This document shows, piece by piece, positions 56,325 to 64,000 of a DNA stretch of 64,000 bases. Origin of the DNA: Strigamia acuminata (taxonomy: Eukaryota); assembly GCA_949358305.1 (NCBI GenBank), contig OX442314.1, positions 8,928,001 through 8,992,000 of the forward strand. The letters are read 5' to 3'. The position numbers were made by a program, and so were the translations under genes. The notes under the pieces were generated by a model. The model worked only from the letters and a program-made list of their open reading frames with translations, ran no database searches and was not told the origin of the DNA. Position 1 is the first letter of the stretch. Every line of letters begins with the position of its first letter.

Positions 56325-59300
56325 TTAGAGGAGAAAACCGGTTCGCAGCCACTGAAATCAATCGAAATTCGTGTTAAAAATCGATTTAAATCGATTTAAA
56401 TCGACTAATACTTGTGGGAAAGTTAAGCTCAACGTTCCTTCGGTTAAGGGCCCCGCTCGGAATCGCTCTGAAAAAACGATAGTTTATATTTTTAGACGCG
56501 TTTTGGGCGCTCGGCGGCCATTTTTGGGTGCTCACTGAACAGGAGGCGGACTTTAGCGACGCAGTAGATGTATTTGTTGAATGAGAGTCGGTTGTTGCTG
56601 TCGCTGTAGCGATAGACCAACGTGTTGATGAGTTTCGGGTCTAAGTTGTAGCCGAGCATTTGGAGCGCACGGTCCATGTCGGCGACGCTGATGAGCCCGT
56701 TGCGGTCTTGGTCCAGATTGGCGAACGTTTGCTGTGGAAAAACAAAACCGAGGGAAAATTTAGAAGAAAAACAATATTTTATATTTTACCAGCCATTGCT
56801 TTAGTGTTGTCCATAAATTGAGAAATTCTGGAAATGCTAATTTACCGGAAGCATCTGCCTGCAATTATTTGAACAAGATATAGAAAAATCGACGGTAAAC
56901 GATGCATCAACGGTAGGTTTGTATGTAAATGTGACATGTTGTGCAATGTATGTACGGTTGTGTTCAAAAAAACTTGTGAGTAATTTTGTGTTTTGCCACT
57001 AGGTGAAACACCAGACATCAACAAGTGATAATATTTGTATAGCCTTGTCTGTATTATTACCTGTTGATGTCTGGTGTTTCACCTAGTGGCAAAACACGAA
57101 ATTACTCAAGTTTTTAACTGTACGATTAACGTAATTTGGGCTAATTAACTCAAATTTACGTTAAATAAAACTTAATTTTGGCTAATTAACTAAAATTTAC
57201 GTTAAATACAACGCAATTTTGGCTAATTAACTCGAATTGACGTTAAATACAGCGTAATTTTGGTTAATTAACTAAAATTTACGTTAAATACAACTTCATT
57301 TTGGCTAATTAACTCGAATTGACGTTAAATACAGCGTAATTTTGGTTAATTAACTCACATTTACGTTAAATACAACTTAATTTTGGCTAATTAACTCAAA
57401 TTTACGTTAAATACAACGCAATTTTGTCTAATTAACTCAAATTTACGTTAATACAACGTAATTTTGGCACTTTAAGTCACATTTTCATCATTTTTAATTG
57501 CTTGATTTGATCTTACATCCATCATAATTATCAGATATTTGCACGTGGAGTATTTGAACTGCAAGTGACCAAAATTCTCTGAAACACAAAAATTAAAAAA
57601 AATTAAATCAAAATTAGAAAAAAATTAATTAAATTCACACACACCATAAGCCAACGCATAATCCAAACATTTCTTCAACTCGGATCCATCGGTCTCTTTA
57701 TCCTAAAAACAAAATTAAACGCAAAATGAATGCAAATAAAAACGAATAATTGGTTGTGAAAACACTTACCGGACCGGCAAGATTGTCAAAATATTTCTTG
57801 AGCGATTGCGTCGTCACGTCGACCTCCGAATGGATGCCGTTGTTGTTGATGGAACCGGGGATTGCGTTGTCCTCGGGATCCGCGAGCGGTCTGAAAAGAG
57901 AAAAGGATGTTTCGGTATTTTTGTTTTGTTTTGTTTTGTTTTTATTTTGTTACTGGGTCGAGTGTTTGGCCTCGCTGAAGACGCGGACTGTGAACTCGGC
58001 TTCCTCGTTGGGGCTCCAGGTGGTAGGGATTATGACGTACTCGCCGGGTTTTAGTGCGAAACGTTGGACTACGGATCGGGAGTTGGAGTAGGAGTTCACT
58101 TGGCCGACGGGTTGGTTGTAGTAGAAATAGTTGCGGGTTAGGGGCATTGAGGTGTTCGGCAAAACCTGTGGGGATTGAGAGTGGAAAATTATTGTCAAAA
58201 AAATAAATGTGAGAAATGTGAAGAGATGGAGGGAATGAAATTATTGCAGAAAATTGTGGATAAGGTGAAGAAAAAATTGGATAAATGGGGAAAGGAATTG
58301 GAAAAATGGGAAACAAGATGCAGAAAATTGAAAAATCTGAGGAATAAAATGAAGAAAATTTGGCAAATTTGAGAACAGTTAGAAAAATGGGAAAGAAATT
58401 GGACAATGGAAATAGAAAAGATTGGAAAATATTTTCCTGCATTTTATAGTATTTTACGTTAATAATTTGCAATATATTCCTGCATTTTGCAATATTTTCC
58501 AGCTTTTTGTAGTATTTTATAGTAATAATTTGCAATAATTTTCAATAATTAAAATTTGCAATATATTCCTGCATTTTGCAATGTATTCCTGCATTTTGCA
58601 ATATATTCCTGCATTTTGCAATATATTCCTGCATTTTGCAATATTTTTCTGCATTTTGCAATATATTCCTGCATTTTGCAATGTATTCCTGCATTTTGCA
58701 ATATATTCCTGCATTTTGCAATATATTCCTGCATTTTGCAATATTTTTCTGCATTTTGCAATATATTCCTGCATTTTGCAATATATTCCTGTATTTTGCA
58801 ATGTATTCCTGCATTTTGCAATATATTCCTGCATTTTGCAATGTATTCCTGCATTTTGCAATATATTCCTGCATTTTGCAATATATTCCTGCATTTTGCA
58901 ATATATTCCTGCATTTTGCAATATATTCCTGCATTTTGCAATATATTCCTGCATTTTGCAATATTTTCCTGCATTTTGCAATGTATTCCTGCATTTTGCA
59001 ATATATTCCTGCATTTTGCAATGTATTCCTGCATTTTGCAATATATTCCTGCATTTTGCAATATATTCCTGCATTTTGCAATATATTCCTGCATTTTGCA
59101 ATATTTTCCTGCATTTTGCAATATTTTTCTGCATTTTGCAATATATTCCTGCATTTTGCAATGTATTCCTGCATTTTGCAATATATTCCTGCATTTTGCA
59201 ATATATTCCTGCATTTTGCTATATTTTCCCGCAGCATTTTGCAATATTTTGCATTATTTTGCAAGATTTTTCAGTTTCCCAAATTTTTTTCAAAAATAAA

Positions 59301-61854
59301 AAAAATAAACTAGAAAATAACAGTAAAAAGGCCGCAAAAAAACTGAAAAACAATGAAAAAAAAACCCTTACAGCGTAAATAAAAAATCCAATGGTCAAAT
59401 TTTCCCATCCCACTTGTTTATTACTCCTCCTATCTTTCTGTAACAACTCCACAACAAAGGACGCTTTATTATCGTCATCTTCGTCGTGATCCTCAACCCG
59501 CAAACGAACTTGAGGATTCAACCAAAAAGAATCTATAAAAAAAAAACACAAAAAATGAAATCAAAAAATCACAAAAATCTCAGCCAACGAGCGTCGCAAA
59601 ACCCACCATATCGTAATCGACCCCCTGCCGAGTGATCCCGGACCCACTGCGAACGCACGATGCTCGTGGTCCACGTTCGCAACGGATCCACGAGTGCATC
59701 GGCGGTCAAATTGCAGATTTCCACCCCGTGAAAATTGCGAACAAAATCGCGAAAATCCATCCAGAATTCGCCGTCGTCTCTCTTCACGACCCCCAAGCGG
59801 TTCCTTTCTTCATTGGACAACAATTTCCACTCGTCGGAACTGAAAAATTAGAAAAAAAATTTGTTTTAGGATTTTTATTAAATTTGTCGTTTGGAAAGTT
59901 TTACTTGTCGCTCCACGCTCCTCGCCACTCCACGTAACTTCCCCACGGGTTCCGCACGCGAAGCAATTCGACATTTCGTCCGCCGGCCGTCACTTCGGCC
60001 TTGGCTGTCACGCTGTAAGCGTGACCCGTCACCAAGCCGCTCGGCAGTTTCACGTTATTCGAAGAATCGCCCTGGATTAATGTTTGAAAAGTCAATTTTT
60101 TAATTTTTAAAATGGGGATCGGCCATTAATGACGTCATGCTCTGAAGATTTGTGGTAATTTGTCATAAATTTGATAATACACGGCTAAATTTCGGCTAAA
60201 TTTCGACAGAAATAATAAAAATTTGCTAAATTTCGACAGAAATAATAAAAATTTGCTAAATTTCGACAGAAATAATAAAAATTTGCTAAATTTCGACAGA
60301 AATAATGAAAATTTGCTAAATTTCGACAGAAATAATGAAAATTTGCTAAATTTCGACAGAAATAATGAAAATTTGCTAAATTTCGACAGAAATAATGAAA
60401 ATTTGCTAAATTTCGACAGAAATAATAAAAATTTGCTAAATTTCGACAGAAATAATGAAAATTTGCTAACTTTCGACAGAAATAATGAAAATTTGCTAAA
60501 TTTCGACAAAAATAACCCAAAATTTGCTAAATTTCACTAGAAATAATAAAAATTTGCTAAATTTCTCTAGAAATAACCAAAATTTGCAAAATTTCTCTAG
60601 AAATAACCAAAATTTTCAAAATTTCTCAGAAATAACCAAAATTTGCTATATTTATCTAGAAATAACCAAAATTTGGCATATTCCTTTAGAAATAACCAAA
60701 ATTTGCTACATTTCTCTAAAAATAACCAAAATTTGCTAAATTTCTCTAGAAATAAGCAAAATTTGCTAAATTTATCTAGAAATAACCAAAATTTGCGACA
60801 TTTCTCTAGAAATAACCAAAATTTGCTAAATTTCTCTAGAAATAACCTAAATTTGGCAAATTTTGACAGAAAATACAAAAATTTTGCAAAATTTTGCAAA
60901 AATTTATCAAAATTTGGCCAGAATTTTTTAAAAACTTGAACATAACATGGCCAAATCAACCAAAAGCAACAAAAAAAATCCCCAAATAGCATCGAGTCAT
61001 TTCTGGACATGTCCCCTCAGCAAATAACCATACATAAATCGCAGCACCGATCAACGAACGGCGAGCAAACGCTTTCGAAAACAACCGATTCAAATTCGGC
61101 GGCGGCTCCGACAATATATACTGCTCAACCAAACCGCCGGTGAAATCGGTCAACGCATCGGTATTGGTCCCCGCTCTCAGCGACTCGTACGAGCCATGAA
61201 GCCTAGAAAAGAAACATCGATAAACATCGATTAAATAACTCGTCAAAAAATACCGATATATCGGTTTCATCACTTACTTCGCATACGCCTTCTCCAATAG
61301 TGCGCCCCAGAACTCATTTTCGTGATTCGAATGCACGAAAACGAGTTGGCCCGAGATAGTCGGAAGTTTATCGTCGATAACCACTTCAACCCACTCGCCG
61401 TATTGCCAGAATCGGAATCGAAAGATCCCCGCATACCAGTTATCGGCAAACGACTGCCCGGGCGGGATCACCCTCTCTAATAAATGGCGGTCCTCGGACA
61501 AACAAGCGGCCGCCGCGACCACCCAACAGTCGCCTGATAAAAAGACGCGAATCGATTACGTGGCGGTGTTAATCGATTTTTTTTTCTATTACCGAGTTCG
61601 CCTTGGATGAGATCGAACCGGCTCCCTCCGTCTAAATAAAAGTTCGGTTCGGTGAAGTAGTATTTACAGATCTCTCTCGGGCGCATCCATTTATACACGT
61701 TAGTCGGGTAGTTACTGAATCGGCGCGTGTAATAAATCGATTTCATAGTCGCTGGAAAATCCGGGTCTTCGAATAGCATTCCCGCTTGTAAGCATTTTAC
61801 TCGCAGCCGTTCAAAATTCGACGATGCGACCACGACCGGTTCCAAACCACTCAT
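56325..61854 (-). CDS. Classical calpain (CysPc, C2-like domain III, penta-EF-hand), multi-exon
   Basis: FEDPDFP, QGELG|DCW (Cys), GHAYSVT (His), RNPWG (Asn), [35 protein letters not shown]-hand DQDRNGLIS; ends WLRTGFLL*. Confidence 0.93.
56965..57116. repeat. Palindromic foldback mini-element (partial relative at ~51905)
   Basis: ~65-bp inverted arms around a short spacer. Confidence 0.7.
57125..57470. repeat. ~39-bp intronic minisatellite
   Basis: aattttggctaattaactcaaatttacgttaaatacaac tandem units. Confidence 0.85.
58430..59270. repeat. 20-bp intronic minisatellite (gcattttgcaatatattcct)n
   Basis: Direct tandem array. Confidence 0.95.
60185..60900. repeat. 30-bp intronic minisatellite (two variant blocks)
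   Basis: aaataatraaatttgctaaatttcgacaga units grading into aaataaccaaaatttgctaaatttctctag units. Confidence 0.9.
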
Positions 61855-62403
61855 TGTGTATCTAAAAATTAAAATTAAATTAAATAAACACTAAATTCGT
61901 CTGGATTGGGGTTAAGTATCACTTTGAGGCAAGAAATTAGAGTTTTTTAGTACGGAATTAAAATTTTTGATGTATTTAACGGGATTTTACAAATATCCCG
62001 CTTTGATGACTCCCACTCTTACCTCGTTCTTGGTCAAGCGTGACCACACCTATTCGTTGCTCCCAAGGTAACTCAGATGGAAATTCATTTGCATGCGAGA
62101 CAACAAGTGGTAGCAGAAGCTATGGAATTGTGGGACATCTAGTGGTGAAATGTTGAAATATTTAATTAAATTTGATGTTTTTATTTTATTTTATTTTTTT
62201 AAATGGAAATTTTAATGGAATTGGTGAGGAAATGAAGAATTTTTGGTTTGTTTTTAATTAGAATTTGTGGTTTGTGCGTAATTTTAATAAAGAGGAACGT
62301 TTATCGTTTGTTTAAACGAACGGAAGAGGTCGCTAGGTGTTTGAATCTGCGGTCATTTTGGAACATATTGAATCGATCTAGAACAATCACTAAAAAATTA
62401 TTA

Positions 62404-63345
62404 AAAGGAAAATGTTTTTAATGAAATGATGTAATTATAAATAAAATAGTCCGTTTTTACATGTCGTGCAAAGGAATTTAAAATTTAGAATTAAATTTAA
62501 ATGGGTGAATAAGAAATTGATTTCAATAGATTTTTGCTTTATTGGCAAAAACTTTTTTGTTTACAATTGATTAGTATTAACATTTGAAATGTGCTAATTT
62601 TCAAAATATTTTTCATCAATTGAATTGAATCGTCAGTCGTCATTTTTACTGAAAAGTAGAAAAGATATTACTCAAAAGAAATGACAACAATTTAAAAATT
62701 TAGCCAATAAGTTTATGCGTTCAATCATTCGAAAGTGTTTAAAACCACCCTCAATGTTAAACCAAACCAACCAAATAGATGTTTATTAGTAAGTTGCTTT
62801 TTAATCTTAGCCCAATTATGAACAGAAGAGTTTGCCACCGGTATACATACATTTCGGGTAGTTAAGATCTGTCTGTTAAGATCTGTCTTGATTCGCCTCC
62901 TTCCTGCCGTCGCTGTCGCTATAAAAATTGGAGATTTTTTTAAAGATAAAATATAAAAACAAAGTTGAAACATACATTCAGGGAATCACCAACACACAGC
63001 ACAAAGACGACGAACACGATCATTATATAATTCATTTTCAACGGATGCTTTTGGGGTAGAAGAATTGAACGATGTTATGAATAGCGAATGGAAGACTTTT
63101 CTTGTTGAATGTCGGGGCTGTCACTGCATCGGTAGCAGCCGAATATATACACAGTTATTAATGGCCACATCTGGTCTCATAATTGATTGCATTCAATCGG
63201 GTTAGAGATTCTATTTAATTTTAATATTTTAATTCATTAAAATGAATAGATTATCAATTAGAGACGTAAATATTAAATAACAAATAGAACAGGTAATAAA
63301 CTATTTTTAAAAGGTAAATTATCATAGATATGGATGTCATAAAGT
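62404..63345 (-). pseudogene. Copy 3 of duplicated unit / small secreted-peptide gene (degenerate)
   Basis: Homologous to 3645-4560; MNYIMIVFVVFVLCV signal-like start; splice donor partly deleted. Confidence 0.5.
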
Positions 63346-63509
63346 TTATATAAAATTTATATATTTAATATTAGAATTTATATATTTAATATTAGAATTT
63401 ATATATTTAATATTAGAATTTATATATTTAATATTAGAATTTATATATTTAATATTAGAATTTATATATTTAATATTAGAATTTATGTATTTAATATTAG
63501 AATTTGTAT
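63345..63509. repeat. 22-bp minisatellite (aatttatatatttaatattag)n
   Basis: Tandem array. Confidence 0.85.
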
Positions 63510-64000
63510 TGTAATGGATCGCGAGTCTAGATGGTTTAGAAGCGTTTGAAAGACGCCGCGAAACAGTAAATGGCTCCAAAGGCCTGGTTTAGTACCTGCC
63601 GTAGGTCGAATGTGCGCAGGAGATTGGTAGCTAACACACTCTCAGATACTGTACATACACTAATATTTAAATTAATGCCGGGTACCCCGAGCTGTAAAAT
63701 CGGAGACAGGGCGTCCAGTAGTCGCGTCCGAACCAAAACCCAACGCGTGACCCGTAAACGAATGCACGTCTCGTAATGGTTCATAAGCAACTCCAGACCG
63801 TTAAGTCCGATTAGAGTGGGCAATTTTCTCGTGCTTATCTTCCGCACGGGCCCAAATCCTAACACTAAACCTAACTCTATGCTTAATTAAAGCTAAAGCC
63901 TAAATGGAAGGCGGCTAAACTAAGCTATGCGCACGCATGCGAAATAAAGAGACACAACTTCGAATTACCGGCCAGCTAATCCTGTTAGGCCTCAGAAAAC
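63510..64000. mobile_element. Probable start of another LTR (truncated by window end)
   Basis: Abrupt composition change beginning TGTAA; GCGTTTGAAAGACGC at the same distance from the terminus as in element A LTRs. Confidence 0.5.

Noticed and set aside
58517..59378. Six long overlapping repetitive ORFs
   Set aside because: Artefact of a stop-free 20-bp minisatellite in a calpain intron; the same applies to 915-1343, 16327-16805, 60135-60939 and 63346-63579.

Overview
AT-rich eukaryotic (invertebrate animal-like) genomic window; no prokaryotic features. Host genes: 3' part of symplekin (+, 1-3636), an intron-rich M28B/GCPII-like type II membrane protein whose zinc-ligand and catalytic residues all appear substituted (-, 43433-55391), and a classical calpain (-, 56325-61854). 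Positions 4.6-42 kb are a stack of young transposons. (1) A DD39D mariner whose transposase tail is split by a P-like MITE. (2) An RT-less gypsy element A with ~1 kb near-identical LTRs. (3) A four-level nest: Helentron-type HINE < TRIM < complete gypsy element B < gag/pol-less LARD C. Most notable is element B. It has intact gag and pol joined by an A_AAA_AAC -1 frameshift site, a spliced ~827-aa Arg/Ser-rich non-Env accessory gene with an apparent internal promoter, and an array of seven covarying TAR-like bulged hairpins in each LTR. Together these resemble the regulatory layout of a complex retrovirus. Many MITEs, minisatellites and three copies of a small putative secreted-peptide gene are also present. 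All calls were made by eye from the sequence and ORF track; no database searches were run.
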